Below, piece by piece: positions 1 through 9,948 of a DNA stretch of 51,631 nucleotides. Below the pieces are notes generated by a model. It saw only the letters and a list, made by a program, of their open reading frames with translations, did not search any database and was not told where the DNA came from. Numbering within the stretch: the first letter of the stretch is position 1; every line of letters starts with the position of its first letter. Origin of the DNA: Patescibacteria group bacterium (GTDB taxonomy: Bacteria > Patescibacteriota > Patescibacteriia > UBA9934 > GWF2-40-263). The stretch covers positions 1 through 51,631 of the forward strand of contig JBBTRQ010000014.1 in the NCBI GenBank assembly GCA_038065075.1, given 5' to 3'. The position numbers and the translations under genes are program-made.

Positions 1-127
1 ACGTCCACTGTTTCAGCCACCGAGTTCCCAATCCTTTAGTCAACTCCTCAATCTCCGAGCCGATAACCTGAACCGAACCCAGGATGGGGTTCTTCAAGCT
101 TTCCTCGATGATGATCCCTTTGTACAT
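1..127 (-). CDS. Hypothetical protein, 5' part only (runs off the window)
   Basis: ATG at 127, 4 nt after the uvrB stop; reads MYKGIIIEESLKNPILGSVQVIGSEIEELTKGLGTRWLKQWT open to the window edge; resembles a CPR-conserved small family from memory. Confidence 0.65.
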   Translation of the reverse strand, partial: MYKGIIIEESLKNPILGSVQVIGSEIEELTKGLGTRWLKQWT

Positions 128-131
128 AACG

Positions 132-2240
132 TTATGAAATCTCTGCCGCAAGCATGGCAATTTCATCGCGCAGAATCGCGGCCGTTTCGAAGTCGAGTTT
201 CTTTGCGGCCTCCTTCATCTCGTACGTCTTCTCTTTGATGACGTGCTCAATCTCGTGCGGCTCGGCGGTCATCTCGAGTTTGAGGATCCCAGCCGTGGTT
301 TCCTCCCCGCCCAACATCGCCCGAATGTCTTTGATCTGCTTTTGAATTGACTTGGGTGTGATGCCGTGTTCTTTGTTGTGCGCGAGTTGTATCTTGCGAC
401 GACGTTCCGTCTCTTTCAGCGCCCGCGTGAGCGAACCGGTCATCTTGTCGGCGTAGACGATGACTTCCCCCTTCACATTTCGAGCCGCGCGTCCGATCGT
501 TTGAATGATCGACGTCTCACTACGCAAGAACCCTTCCTTGTCCGCGTCCAGGATCGCGACGAGTGTCACTTCCGGCAGGTCGAGACCTTCACGCAACAAG
601 TTCACGCCCACGACGACGTCATACGCTCCCTTGCGCAAGTCCGAGAGAATCGTGATGCGATCGAGCGTCTGCACGTCTGAGTGTAAGTACTGAACCTTGA
701 TTCCCTTCCCGACGAGAAACTCGGTAAGGTCCTCGGCCATTTTTTTTGTGAGCGTGGTCACGAGCGCCCGTTCTTTCTGCGCAACGCGTTTTTCAATCTC
801 GCCGATGAGATCCTCGACCTGACCCTCATATTTCACAGGGGCTTTCTTGCCCACCATAGCCTCGGCGACGGTGGGAGCCCCGTCCGAAACGCCCCTAAAG
901 GGGCTATGAATAGCGGGACTGACTGGCCGAACGGTCACGACCGGATCAACCAACCCGGTTGGTCGAATAATCTGTTCCACGACCTTGGTCGAATGTTGTG
1001 CCTCAAATTTCCCAGGCGTGGCGCTCACAAACACCACTTGCTTCATCCGCTCCTCAAATTCCTCAAACCGCAAAGGACGATTGTCCTTGGCACTTGGCAA
1101 GCGGAATCCATGTTCGATGAGCGTCTCCTTGCGAGCCTTGTCTCCGTTGTACATCCCGCCGATCTGCGAGACCGTCACATGAGACTCATCGATGATCGTC
1201 AGGAAGTCGTCTGGAAAATAGTCGATGAGGGTGTACGGCGGCTGGCCTGAAGTTCGACCATCAAAATGTCGCGAGTAGTTTTCGATGCCCGAGCAGTAGC
1301 CGATGTTCTGAATCATCTCGAGATCGAACCGCGTTCGACGTGAGAGACGCTCGGCCTCGAGCACCTTCCCTTCTTTGTCGAAGAGGGCAAGACGATCCTC
1401 GAGCTCTTGTCGAATCTCACGCAGAGCCTCTTTCTGTCGTGGCTGTGAAACGACGTAATGCTTGGCTGGGAAAATCCACACGTCGTTGAGCTTGTCGATG
1501 AACTTGCGCGTGACGGGGTCGAGCGACTGGATGTCCACGACCTTTTCCTCCTCGAAGACCACTCGATACACCACTTCCTCGTTCATCGGCATGACCTCCA
1601 CGATGTCGCCGCGCGCGCGAAAATGCCCACGCGTGATATCCGCGGTCGTACGTTCAAACTGCATCTCGGTTAATCGCCGCAACATCTCATTGCGGGAAAG
1701 GATTCCGGTTCCCCCCCTGCCCGAGGGGGGGCTAGGGGGGGTGGGAGGGAGGCCGCTGATTTCGATGTGCATCACCGTCTGTTTGTACTCATCAGGACTT
1801 CCCAGTGCATAGATACACGACACGCTCGCCACGATGATCACATCGCGCCGCGACAATAGCGCCTGCGTGGCCGAGTGACGAAGCCGATCGATCTCCTCGT
1901 TGATCTGTGATTCCTTTTCGATGTAGGTGTCCGTGCGCGGCATGTACGCCTCGGGCTGATAGTAGTCGTAGTAACTCACAAAATACTCGACCGCGTTGCC
2001 GGGGAAGAACTCGCGGAACTCGTTGCACAACTGTGCCGCGAGCGTCTTGTTGTGCGCGATAACCAAGGTCGGCTTCTGCGTGTTCTGGATCACATTGGCC
2101 ATCGTGAACGTCTTTCCCGAGCCCGTCACGCCCAAGAGTGTCTGGTACTTTTCGCCAGATTCAACACCGGCCGTGAGTTGCTTAATGGCACGCGGCTGGT
2201 CGCCTGCGGGTTTGTAGTCGGAGTGAAGTTTGAAATTCAT
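132..2240 (-). CDS. uvrB: Excinuclease ABC subunit B
   Basis: GVTGSGKT Walker [37 protein letters not shown]-terminal UVR motif; likely start MNFKLHS at 2240; two low-complexity in-frame inserts. Confidence 0.98.
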   Translation of the reverse strand: MNFKLHSDYKPAGDQPRAIKQLTAGVESGEKYQTLLGVTGSGKTFTMANVIQNTQKPTLVIAHNKTLAAQLCNEFREFFPGNAVEYFVSYYDYYQPEAYMPRTDTYIEKESQINEEIDRLRHSATQALLSRRDVIIVASVSCIYALGSPDEYKQTVMHIEISGLPPTPPSPPSGRGGTGILSRNEMLRRLTEMQFERTTADITRGHFRARGDIVEVMPMNEEVVYRVVFEEEKVVDIQSLDPVTRKFIDKLNDVWIFPAKHYVVSQPRQKEALREIRQELEDRLALFDKEGKVLEAERLSRRTRFDLEMIQNIGYCSGIENYSRHFDGRTSGQPPYTLIDYFPDDFLTIIDESHVTVSQIGGMYNGDKARKETLIEHGFRLPSAKDNRPLRFEEFEERMKQVVFVSATPGKFEAQHSTKVVEQIIRPTGLVDPVVTVRPVSPAIHSPFRGVSDGAPTVAEAMVGKKAPVKYEGQVEDLIGEIEKRVAQKERALVTTLTKKMAEDLTEFLVGKGIKVQYLHSDVQTLDRITILSDLRKGAYDVVVGVNLLREGLDLPEVTLVAILDADKEGFLRSETSIIQTIGRAARNVKGEVIVYADKMTGSLTRALKETERRRKIQLAHNKEHGITPKSIQKQIKDIRAMLGGEETTAGILKLEMTAEPHEIEHVIKEKTYEMKEAAKKLDFETAAILRDEIAMLAAEIS
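850..910. repeat. Composite REP-like hairpins inserted in frame in uvrB (CCCACC-N14-GGTGGG and GCCCCTAAAGGGGCTATGAA)
   Basis: Two hairpins visible in the DNA; they translate as the extra segment [21 protein letters not shown]; AAGGGGCTATGAA recurs at 18255-18267. Confidence 0.7.
1709..1752. repeat. G/C-run hairpin inserted in frame in uvrB
   Basis: CCCCCCCTGCCCGAGGGGGGGCTAGGGGGGG; encodes [14 protein letters not shown], not part of the canonical UvrB sequence. Confidence 0.7.
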
Positions 2241-2242
2241 AG

Positions 2243-2269
2243 GATTGCTTCGCTCCGCTCGCAATGACG
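2243..2269 (-). repeat. CGTC-tagged REP-like half element just upstream of the uvrB start
   Basis: GATTGCTTCGCTCCGCTCGCAATGACG, near-identical to 13194-13221. Confidence 0.75.
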
Positions 2270-2476
2270 AGGAAATGCTCAAGTTCCCCCTAAAGCGCCA
2301 GCTCTAGGGGGTGGGATCTGAGCTTGTCCACCATAGCTCCATTGGAGCGACGGTGGATCTTCTCGCTCTCCAGAATAGCAAAGGAAACAAAAAAAGCAAC
2401 CGAAGAGATTGACAAAAACGAAGAAATCGGCTTAACTATGGTCTGTTTGGAAAATATCCAGCAGCCAGGAGGAGCC

Positions 2477-3103
2477 ATGGCCCGAAGAAGGGACACCAAT
2501 TACAGAAGCAAGTGGGAAGCCGCGTGCGTCACCATCGTCGAGCTCCAACAGCAGTTGGAAGACGAAAGGAAACGAAGAAGGGCAGCAGAGCGTCGAGGGA
2601 CGGTGGATGCACTCACCCGACTCTACACTCGTCGAGCCTTCGATCAAGACGGAAGGCCGCGGTTCCAACGCGCCAAACGCGGAAAGACCTCGGTGGCGAT
2701 GATCTTCATCGACGCCAACGGCTTCAAGTCAGTCAACGACTCGCTCGGCCATGCGGTGGGCGACAAGTTGCTCGTCGCGATCGCCACGGCGCTCAAGCGG
2801 AGCAAGCGCCCCGCAGACCTGGCCGCCCGAAAAGGCGGAGACGAGTTTGTCCTGTTCTTCGAGGGACTGATCGAGGCGAAAACCGCAAAGGTGATCGAGC
2901 GGATCCATGAAGCCGTCTCGGTCATCAGGCTCGAATCCGCTCCGGATCTGCGCGCAAGCGTCAGCATCGGCGTCGCGGTCGGCGTTCCGTCCGCAAGCCT
3001 CGAGTGGGCGGATCTGATCTCCCAGGCCGACAAGGCCATGTACGAGGCCAAGACGCTCAAAGGGACGGACCGACCCACGGTCTGCATCCGTCCCCTCACG
3101 TGA
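2477..3103 (+). CDS. Diguanylate cyclase (GGDEF) with N-terminal coiled coil
   Basis: DALTRLYTRR, D-x-N-x-FK-x-VNDSLGH-x-x-GD, RPAD I-site, GGDEF, ADKAMYEAK; AGGAGG RBS before ATG 2477. Confidence 0.93.
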   Translation: MARRRDTNYRSKWEAACVTIVELQQQLEDERKRRRAAERRGTVDALTRLYTRRAFDQDGRPRFQRAKRGKTSVAMIFIDANGFKSVNDSLGHAVGDKLLVAIATALKRSKRPADLAARKGGDEFVLFFEGLIEAKTAKVIERIHEAVSVIRLESAPDLRASVSIGVAVGVPSASLEWADLISQADKAMYEAKTLKGTDRPTVCIRPLT

Positions 3104-3131
3104 TCGCGAGCTTCTCGCGGTCTTTTCTTTT

Positions 3132-5255
3132 CTAGATTTTTGCCCGCTTGATCCTAAGCGAATTAAGCACCACTGAGACGCTCGAGAACGCCATGGCCGC
3201 GGAGGCGATGAGCGGGTTGAGGAGTCCGAGTGCCGCCAACGGGATCGCCGCGATGTTATAGAAGAATGCCCAGAAGAGATTTTGTCTGATGCCTCGATAC
3301 GTTGCCGCGGCCAGCTTGAGACCCGCCACGACTTTCTCGGGACCTCCACCGACCAACACAATTTGTCCCGCCTCGATCGCCACGTCGGTTCCACTGCCTA
3401 CCGCGATCCCGAGATCGGCCTGGGTGAGTGCGGGTGCATCGTTGATGCCATCGCCGACATAGGCCACCCGTTTGCCTTTCGCCTGCCACGCCTTCACGAC
3501 CTCAAGCTTGGTTCCAGGCAAGACTTCCGCCTCGATTTGCTCGATCCCCAACTCATGCGCGATTGCCTCAGCTGTACGACGGTTGTCTCCCGTAACCATC
3601 ACCACCTCGCGACCCATGCGTTTCAATTCCTCGATCGCGGCTTTCGCGGTTGGTTTTGCCGCGTCGGCGATAGCGAGGAGGCCAAGGAGTTTACCGTCAG
3701 CACAGGCGACGACGACCGTCTTCCCTTGCTTCTGCCAATCTTCAGCCAATGATCGATTTTGTCCGATCGGACATAATTGTTCCACGTACTCCACCGATCC
3801 AACAACGACCTTTTTCCCCGCAACCACGCCCTCAATCCCCTTTCCTACAAGTGCCCGAACCTGCTCAGCTGGCGGATACGATATTGTCCGATCGGACATA
3901 TAACGCACAATTGCCTGACCCAGCGGATGTTCGGAAGACGCCTCCAGCGACGCGACGAGAGCAAGGTGCTCATCGTTGAGAGTCGAATCTGTCACCGATG
4001 GTCGACCCTCGGTTAGCGTCCCGGTCTTGTCGAACAACACCACATCGATATGACGATTGCGCTCCAGCGCCTCGCCGCTCTTGATGAGAATCCCCTCGCG
4101 GGCGCCGCGGCCGGTGCCGACCAGGATCGCCGTGGGTGTCGCGAGTCCCAACGCGCAAGGACACGCAATCACCAACACCGCCACCGCCGGAATAAACGCG
4201 GTCGTCACCTCCCCCGTGAGGGCATACCAGATGCCAAACGTCACGGCGGCGATCACGATGACAATGGGAACAAAGACCCCGGAAATCTTGTCGACAAGTT
4301 TCTGGATCGGTGCCTTTTGCTGTTGCGCGTTCTCGACCAGTTTCACGATCTGCGCAAGGACAGTGTTGCCCGAGAGCGCGGTCACTTTCACGGTGAGCGC
4401 TCCTTGCTGGTTCACGGTCGCGCCAAACACGGTGTCTCCTTCTTTCTTTCCCACTGGCATACTCTCACCGGTAAGCATGGATTCGTCCAGCGACGACTCC
4501 CCTTTGATGATCGCTCCGTCCAGAGGAATCTTCTCGCCAGGTTTCACGAGGACGATGTCGCCCAGCTTTAACGATTCAACAGGAACGTCTTGAGCTTCAC
4601 CCAGGCTGAAGCCTGGGGCTACCAATTTGTGCGCCATCTTGGCGCCCAGCTCGAGTAATCGTGAGATGGCCTCGCTCGCTTTTCCTTTTGCTCGAGCTTC
4701 AAAGTAGCGTCCGAGCAGAATGAACCCGGTGATGAGCGCGGCAATCTCGAAGTACAAATCTCCACCCACGGACAACTGCCACCAACTGAATGCAAGCGCG
4801 ACCAGCGTTCCCATCGTAATGAGCGTGTCCATGTTGGCGTGTCCGCGCTTGAGTTGGCTCCATGTCGCTTTATGAAATTCCATTCCAGGACCCAGGACGA
4901 CGATACTTCCCAACATGGCCTGAACCCATGGCCAAAGCCCCAGCATCGCGATCACGACGCAGGGAATCGCAAGGCTCATGGAAATCGTCGCACGACGACC
5001 AGCAGATCCGCCCGACCCATGGTGGGCGTGCTCACCCATGTCCATCCCAGGTGCTTGCACACCATAGCCCATTCCCTGAATCGCCGTGTGAAGATCATGC
5101 TCGGCGACCGTGTCATCATGCTCGACCGCGGCGCTCGCAAGTGCATAGTTAACATTGGCCTTGTGCACACCCGGATATTTTTCGAGCTCACGCTCGATCG
5201 TCACGGCGCAGCTCGCACAGTGCATGCCCGTAATTTTGAATTGTGTATTCGACAT
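3132..5255 (-). CDS. copA: Copper-translocating P1B-type ATPase
   Basis: N-terminal GMHCASC HMA domain, TGES, CPC, DKTGT, SEHP, GDGIND, YN and MxxSS motifs. Confidence 0.96.
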   Translation of the reverse strand: MSNTQFKITGMHCASCAVTIERELEKYPGVHKANVNYALASAAVEHDDTVAEHDLHTAIQGMGYGVQAPGMDMGEHAHHGSGGSAGRRATISMSLAIPCVVIAMLGLWPWVQAMLGSIVVLGPGMEFHKATWSQLKRGHANMDTLITMGTLVALAFSWWQLSVGGDLYFEIAALITGFILLGRYFEARAKGKASEAISRLLELGAKMAHKLVAPGFSLGEAQDVPVESLKLGDIVLVKPGEKIPLDGAIIKGESSLDESMLTGESMPVGKKEGDTVFGATVNQQGALTVKVTALSGNTVLAQIVKLVENAQQQKAPIQKLVDKISGVFVPIVIVIAAVTFGIWYALTGEVTTAFIPAVAVLVIACPCALGLATPTAILVGTGRGAREGILIKSGEALERNRHIDVVLFDKTGTLTEGRPSVTDSTLNDEHLALVASLEASSEHPLGQAIVRYMSDRTISYPPAEQVRALVGKGIEGVVAGKKVVVGSVEYVEQLCPIGQNRSLAEDWQKQGKTVVVACADGKLLGLLAIADAAKPTAKAAIEELKRMGREVVMVTGDNRRTAEAIAHELGIEQIEAEVLPGTKLEVVKAWQAKGKRVAYVGDGINDAPALTQADLGIAVGSGTDVAIEAGQIVLVGGGPEKVVAGLKLAAATYRGIRQNLFWAFFYNIAAIPLAALGLLNPLIASAAMAFSSVSVVLNSLRIKRAKI
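3759..3900. repeat. Two exact copies of TTGTCCGATCGGACATA (3759-3775, 3884-3900) inside copA
   Basis: 17-bp direct repeat containing the perfect 14-bp palindrome TGTCCGATCGGACA, read in two different codon frames. Confidence 0.75.
4598..4622 (-). repeat. GTAG-tagged REP inserted in frame in copA
   Basis: Minus strand GTAGCCCCAGGCTTCAGCCTGGGTG; 24/25 identical to 17732-17756. Confidence 0.85.
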
Positions 5256-5256
5256 A

Positions 5257-6378
5257 CTAATTTTTGCTAGGCGTTACCACCATCGTACCCCTCACCATCC
5301 CCATCGAACAGCTGAACGTGTACTTCCCAGGCGTGGTCGGTGTGAACGCGATGGTGTTGTCGCCTGGCTTGAGACGTGTGCTGATCCCGAGTCCGCGAGA
5401 GACAAGCGTGTCAGCACATCCCATGAATTGCGGCGCGTAAATCTGCCACTCGACGGGAATATCCTCGACGACTTGGAGGACATCGGGAGAATAGAACCCA
5501 CTCGCCAGCTCCATTTGAATAATCTGTTTCCCATCCGCGAGGATGAGGGAATCTTCTGCGACCGCGAGTTTTTCTTGTGTCACGGCTCCCGGCGAGGAGA
5601 TCCCCAAAAGCGCCACGCCATTACGCAACTGTGAAAGTCCAATCACCAAAACGAGAATCCCCGCGACCTGTGTGACACGCTTGAGAGTCTTTCCGTGGGC
5701 TACGGATGTGGCGGCTCCCAGGCCAAACAAGACCGGCGCGGTACCAAGCGCGAAAACGGCCATAATAATCGCGGCTGTCATTGGGTCGCCGACCGAGAGT
5801 GCATATAGCTGGACGGACTGCGTGAACCCACATGGAAGGAAGAACGTAAGCGCCCCAAGGACAAATGGAACAGCCGGATGCTTCGAATCTTGGAGGTCGT
5901 GAATGAACCGTGTCAGACGCTTGGGTGGCGTGATCTGGAACACCCCCTTTGGAAATAGCTTGAGGAGATTCGCGCCAATCGACAACATGAGAACAGCGAC
6001 TACGATTACGAATAGCGCATTGAGAGCCGGTGAGAGAACAAGTAGCGATCCCAGGTATCCGACAAGCGCGCCAAATCCGGCAAACCCGATGAGGCGGCCG
6101 AGATTAAAGAGGATGTGAGGACGCATGCGGTCGTGAGCGGACTCGGTGGCATGACGCTCGGCGTGTGTGGATGAGAGCGCGAGGATGAATCCGGCCAGGA
6201 TCGCCGTACAAGACGAGAGCGAGGCAACGACGCCGATGAAGAAGATCGAAACAAGTCCGACAGAGCCGTTGATGCTTGGTGAGATCGACAGCACACCAAA
6301 CCGGTCGAAGAGATACCACAGAGCGAACACGATGAGCGCCACCCCAAGCAGGCGGCGATAATTGAGAGATTCAGGCAT
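5257..6378 (-). CDS. DsbD_2/TauE-SafE-like membrane protein with C-terminal cupredoxin domain (copper homeostasis)
   Basis: [18 protein letters not shown] transmembrane motifs; C-terminal [20 protein letters not shown]; directly upstream of copA. Confidence 0.88.
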   Translation of the reverse strand: MPESLNYRRLLGVALIVFALWYLFDRFGVLSISPSINGSVGLVSIFFIGVVASLSSCTAILAGFILALSSTHAERHATESAHDRMRPHILFNLGRLIGFAGFGALVGYLGSLLVLSPALNALFVIVVAVLMLSIGANLLKLFPKGVFQITPPKRLTRFIHDLQDSKHPAVPFVLGALTFFLPCGFTQSVQLYALSVGDPMTAAIIMAVFALGTAPVLFGLGAATSVAHGKTLKRVTQVAGILVLVIGLSQLRNGVALLGISSPGAVTQEKLAVAEDSLILADGKQIIQMELASGFYSPDVLQVVEDIPVEWQIYAPQFMGCADTLVSRGLGISTRLKPGDNTIAFTPTTPGKYTFSCSMGMVRGTMVVTPSKN

Positions 6379-6383
6379 ACAAA

Positions 6384-6428
6384 AAACTCAAGACAAGAAT
6401 AAGAGGGACTTACCGAGGTCTTGAGTTT
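6384..6428 (-). promoter_or_regulatory. Stem-loop from the uORF stop codon to 5 nt before the next ATG (attenuator or initiation-occluding hairpin)
   Basis: Perfect 11-bp arms AAACTCAAGAC (6384-6394) / GTCTTGAGTTT (6418-6428), running into a T tract on the minus strand. Confidence 0.65.
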
Positions 6429-6727
6429 CATTCTCGCTTAATGGTTGTGAGGATCTGACTTGGGTCATGATGTGATTCGACGCTCGGCGCCCAAGAAAAA
6501 GCCCGATCCCGGACCTGACCCCATTGTTGGATCTCGGAGGCCGGAAACGTGACGGCGATCCCCGCAAGCGCTTCGTCGGCCGAGTCTGTATGCACCGAAC
6601 TTAAACAGTATTCCAAACAGGATTCTGCCGCCATGACATGATCGGAAGAGGGCATCGCAATCACTCCATGCAACCACATGGAGCCAAAGACGAGACACAG
6701 AGCCATGAGATGCGGGAGTCGTGTCAT
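6428..6727 (-). CDS. 99-aa secreted-type leader protein with CxxxC (putative copper-sensing uORF)
   Basis: ATG 6727 just after the nadM stop; hydrophobic N-terminus, H/M-rich segment, CLEYC, C-terminus HHDPSQILTTIKRE. Confidence 0.7.
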   Translation of the reverse strand: MTRLPHLMALCLVFGSMWLHGVIAMPSSDHVMAAESCLEYCLSSVHTDSADEALAGIAVTFPASEIQQWGQVRDRAFSWAPSVESHHDPSQILTTIKRE

Positions 6728-6728
6728 G

Positions 6729-7226
6729 TTATTTGAGACGATCGGTTCCAAGTTCTTGGATCGCGTAGACAATCGCGCCGGGGACTTTCGTTTTCCAGTC
6801 GAGATCACCTTTCTTGATCATCTGGCGGATGCTGGTCGAGCTGATCCCGGGTACTTCTTTGATCTCCTTGATCTCGAGCGTGCCTTCAAAACACTTTTTC
6901 GTCGCGTCGTTCCCCGTCCAGACGGTATCAATGTGTCCAACCTTCTCAAGGACGTGTTGCGTCCACTGGGAGTCATCACTCTCGTCTGGGAGATCCACAA
7001 ACTCCACGTCAAACATGGGGATGATATCTTCGTCCTGGAGTGCCTGCTGGATCATCTCTTTACGCTCGGCCGCGGAAAACGGATTCTCCGGTGTCTTCGA
7101 TTTGTCTGAGCTTCCGATCCCAATCACAATTTTCTTGCACAATTTCGTCATGCCCTTAATAACCATGTGATGGCCAATGTGATAGGGCTGAAAGCGACCA
7201 ACAAAAAGGCACGTGGGTTTTGACAT
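6729..7226 (-). CDS. nadM: Nicotinamide-nucleotide adenylyltransferase (NadM type)
   Basis: GRFQPYHIGH, GIGSS, ENPFSAAER, ISSTSIR. Confidence 0.88.
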   Translation of the reverse strand: MSKPTCLFVGRFQPYHIGHHMVIKGMTKLCKKIVIGIGSSDKSKTPENPFSAAERKEMIQQALQDEDIIPMFDVEFVDLPDESDDSQWTQHVLEKVGHIDTVWTGNDATKKCFEGTLEIKEIKEVPGISSTSIRQMIKKGDLDWKTKVPGAIVYAIQELGTDRLK

Positions 7227-7252
7227 ACACGATTATGATGCCACACTCTGCA

Positions 7253-9709
7253 TCACTTGCCAACGAGCTGTTTTTTAATAAGCCGTTGAAACTCCTCTCC
7301 TTTTTCTTCGAAGTTTTTCCACAACGAGTAGCTTGGGGACGCGGTTGAGAGAAGGCAGATTTCCCCGGGTCGCGTATGCGTCATGGCGAATCCAACAGCC
7401 TCTTCCATCCTCCGAGTTTCCAAAACAGTAAACCCCCGACGCGAACGCAGGATCCGTTTCCCGCTCTCGGGAAAGAGTACAACATTTCTGACGTGATACT
7501 TCCTCAACGCCTTCTCAAGGGAACGAAAATCATATCCTCGATCCTCTCCGCCCAGAAAAATCGTCCCGACCGGCGAAAGCGAGCGCAGAGCCATGATGGT
7601 AGATTCAGGCGTCGTCGAAATGGCGTCATCGTAGAAGTGGAAGCCCTGCACGGTGGCGACGAACTCGAGCCGGTGCGGAAGAGGCTTGAAACTCTTGATC
7701 GCCTTACGGATGGCCGATACGGAAACGCCGAAGGAACGCACGGCCTCGATGGCCGCCTGGATGTTGGTTCGGTTGTGCGGACCCAGGAGCGGAATCTCTT
7801 TCTCCTTCACAGGAATCCGCGCGTGGAATGGCGGACGGATCGCGACGTCTCCAGGACGCTGGAACGCAAAAATGTTTTTCTTCGCGCGATAGTAATTGGC
7901 CACTCCCCCATGGTAGTTCATGTGTTCCGGAAACAGATTGGTAAGAACGGCCACGTCAGGTGAGTATTCGATATCGTCGAGCATGTAACTTGAAAGCTCC
8001 ACGACGAAAATCTCCTCGGGATCGATCCGGCCAACCAGCACTCCCAACATGGGCTCCCCCACATTCCCGACAAGACGTACCTTTTTCTCGGCACACTTGA
8101 GCATGGCGTAGATCAAACTGGCTGTCGTGCTTTTCCCTTTACTGCCCGTCACCCCGATCACCGGATTTTGAATCCGGGAAAAAAACAGATTCGTCGCCGT
8201 GATGTAAGGAATCGTCACGACGGTTTTCGGAATCCCCGGCGTCTTCACGGCAAGCTCATAGCGGGATTGCTTGGCAAGGTAATTCTTGTCCCGGCTCTTA
8301 TCCAGAATCCCGATCGAAAGATGCGGGTAGGTCTTTTTGAGGTACGCATGCGTGACCTTCCCCTCCCGACCGTAGCCCAAGAGACACACCGAGTTCAGTC
8401 CAAGAAGTCGAAATCGCGTGGGCAAGGTCGGAGCTCGATTCAGGCTCATCACCGTTTCCACGAGATGCCGGCCATGCTTGATCTTTGGGAGGAATGTCCG
8501 AACGACGATATCCCGCTTGTCCTTCTTGGAAGCGAGAAACAACGCGGCGCGCGCTTCTTCAAATGTGCCCACGCAATCAAATGGCTTCTGCGTCCCAAAT
8601 CCGAGAATCTCTTTATACAAAGGAACCAACGAGGGGTCGGCGAAAAGATTCTTGCCAAAGATCGAACAGAGATCCTTCCGAGGGACAAATGGCGAGAGGA
8701 TTAAAAAGACAAATGCACACTTCGGACATGTCCCACACCACAATGTCTTCGGCCGCTCACGAGAAACAGTGAAGTTACGGTTGCAACTGGAGAACAGGGA
8801 AAAATACTGCTTGTGTTTCGCGAACATCTTGGCAATGCGGATCTCGAAAAATGGGCGCAGGAGCGAGACGTACGTGATGTCGGGTGTGATGAACTTCCTC
8901 GTGTACTCCTGGAGCATCGCCTCGAACTCCGCGGACTTGCTCCACTGATGGTTGATGGTCTCTCCTCGATACCGCAGGTTTCCGACATTGCTGCTGTGCT
9001 CGTTTCCAACAACCACATACCGATAACCGTACAGAGCGGATGTGAGGAGTCCCAAAAACGCAAACACGGCAGAGATGGGGATATGGCCGTTGTAGGCACC
9101 CTCGTGCGGCAAGAAAATCTGCGGGTCAAGCATTCGTTGGATGCGCAGGGCGGGGTAACCCATCTCTTTGGCCACGCGGTCGGCAATCGGATCCCGTCGT
9201 TGGGTCTCTACAAGAAACGACGTGGTTTCCAGAACGTCCCGAAGTAGTTCGCCCGCGACGATCGAGTCCTTCCCTCCGCCAATACCCAAAAGTGCCCGAT
9301 CCTCGACGTCCAGCCGGATCGGAGCCGTGCGAACGGAAGATGAGGGAAACGTCGCGAGACGTTTGGGATCGATTTTATTTCGATACAAAAATTCTCCGAG
9401 TCCCTTTTTGTAGACGGTGGTCCAGAATGTGGCCTGCTCCTTGGAAAGAAGAAACGGCAGAGCAATCTTTGGCGGGCAGTACAACTTGTAATAACTGATT
9501 CCGAGAATGAGATGAAGCGGCTCAAGAAATTTCTTTTGAAATGCCGTCGAGATTTTTTGGGGACTTCTCGGGAGTCGAATCGTTTCGGTAAACGTGAGCG
9601 GAGCACGGTCGGAAAAATCTATTCGGTAGGTAAAGTGAAACTCCTTTTTCTTCGGGAAAAAGCGATAGCCTTCAAAATGAAACGTTGTTGCGTGTGGAGT
9701 CATGGCCAT
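7253..9709 (-). CDS. Fused UDP-MurNAc-L-Ala-L-Glu epimerase (MurL) and MurD-like ligase (MurD2)
   Basis: N-terminal half GGGKDS, NGHIPISA, NHQWSKS, SSCNRNF, WCGTCPKC, KPFDCVG (MurL); C-terminal half GYGREG, GVTGSKGKSTT, ELSSY, PHRLE, LLSTASPSY (MurD family). Confidence 0.88.
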   Translation of the reverse strand: MAMTPHATTFHFEGYRFFPKKKEFHFTYRIDFSDRAPLTFTETIRLPRSPQKISTAFQKKFLEPLHLILGISYYKLYCPPKIALPFLLSKEQATFWTTVYKKGLGEFLYRNKIDPKRLATFPSSSVRTAPIRLDVEDRALLGIGGGKDSIVAGELLRDVLETTSFLVETQRRDPIADRVAKEMGYPALRIQRMLDPQIFLPHEGAYNGHIPISAVFAFLGLLTSALYGYRYVVVGNEHSSNVGNLRYRGETINHQWSKSAEFEAMLQEYTRKFITPDITYVSLLRPFFEIRIAKMFAKHKQYFSLFSSCNRNFTVSRERPKTLWCGTCPKCAFVFLILSPFVPRKDLCSIFGKNLFADPSLVPLYKEILGFGTQKPFDCVGTFEEARAALFLASKKDKRDIVVRTFLPKIKHGRHLVETVMSLNRAPTLPTRFRLLGLNSVCLLGYGREGKVTHAYLKKTYPHLSIGILDKSRDKNYLAKQSRYELAVKTPGIPKTVVTIPYITATNLFFSRIQNPVIGVTGSKGKSTTASLIYAMLKCAEKKVRLVGNVGEPMLGVLVGRIDPEEIFVVELSSYMLDDIEYSPDVAVLTNLFPEHMNYHGGVANYYRAKKNIFAFQRPGDVAIRPPFHARIPVKEKEIPLLGPHNRTNIQAAIEAVRSFGVSVSAIRKAIKSFKPLPHRLEFVATVQGFHFYDDAISTTPESTIMALRSLSPVGTIFLGGEDRGYDFRSLEKALRKYHVRNVVLFPESGKRILRSRRGFTVLETRRMEEAVGFAMTHTRPGEICLLSTASPSYSLWKNFEEKGEEFQRLIKKQLVGK

Positions 9710-9811
9710 AGTCCTTTGCGCACTGAAGCCTTAGGATAGCGAAAAAACCCATCCTTGTCCAAAGAGCCCCCTTGATCAAAACAAAAAAGACGAGTACGAT
9801 CTCGTCGACAT

Positions 9812-9885
9812 TCGGGGATCGTCTAACGGCAGGACAGCAGCCTTTGAAGCTGTGAATCTTGGTTCGATTCCAAGTCCCCGAACCA
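9812..9885 (+). tRNA. tRNA-Gln(TTG)
   Basis: Acceptor TCGGGGA/TCCCCGA, anticodon loop CT-TTG-AA, GGTTCGATTCC, CCA end. Confidence 0.95.
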
Positions 9886-9920
9886 ACAAAGTCTCAGCGA
9901 CACCGCTGGGATTTTGTTTT
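9886..9920 (+). terminator. Intrinsic terminator after tRNA-Gln
   Basis: ACAAAGTCTCAGCG/CGCTGGGATTTTGT hairpin plus T run. Confidence 0.7.
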
Positions 9921-9925
9921 TCCTT

Positions 9926-9942
9926 CAAGTGTACTACACTTG
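9926..9942. promoter_or_regulatory. Palindrome just upstream of the Dph6-like gene (possible operator)
   Basis: CAAGTGTA-C-TACACTTG, perfect 8-bp arms, ending 6 nt before ATG 9949. Confidence 0.4.
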
Positions 9943-9948
9943 TTATGT

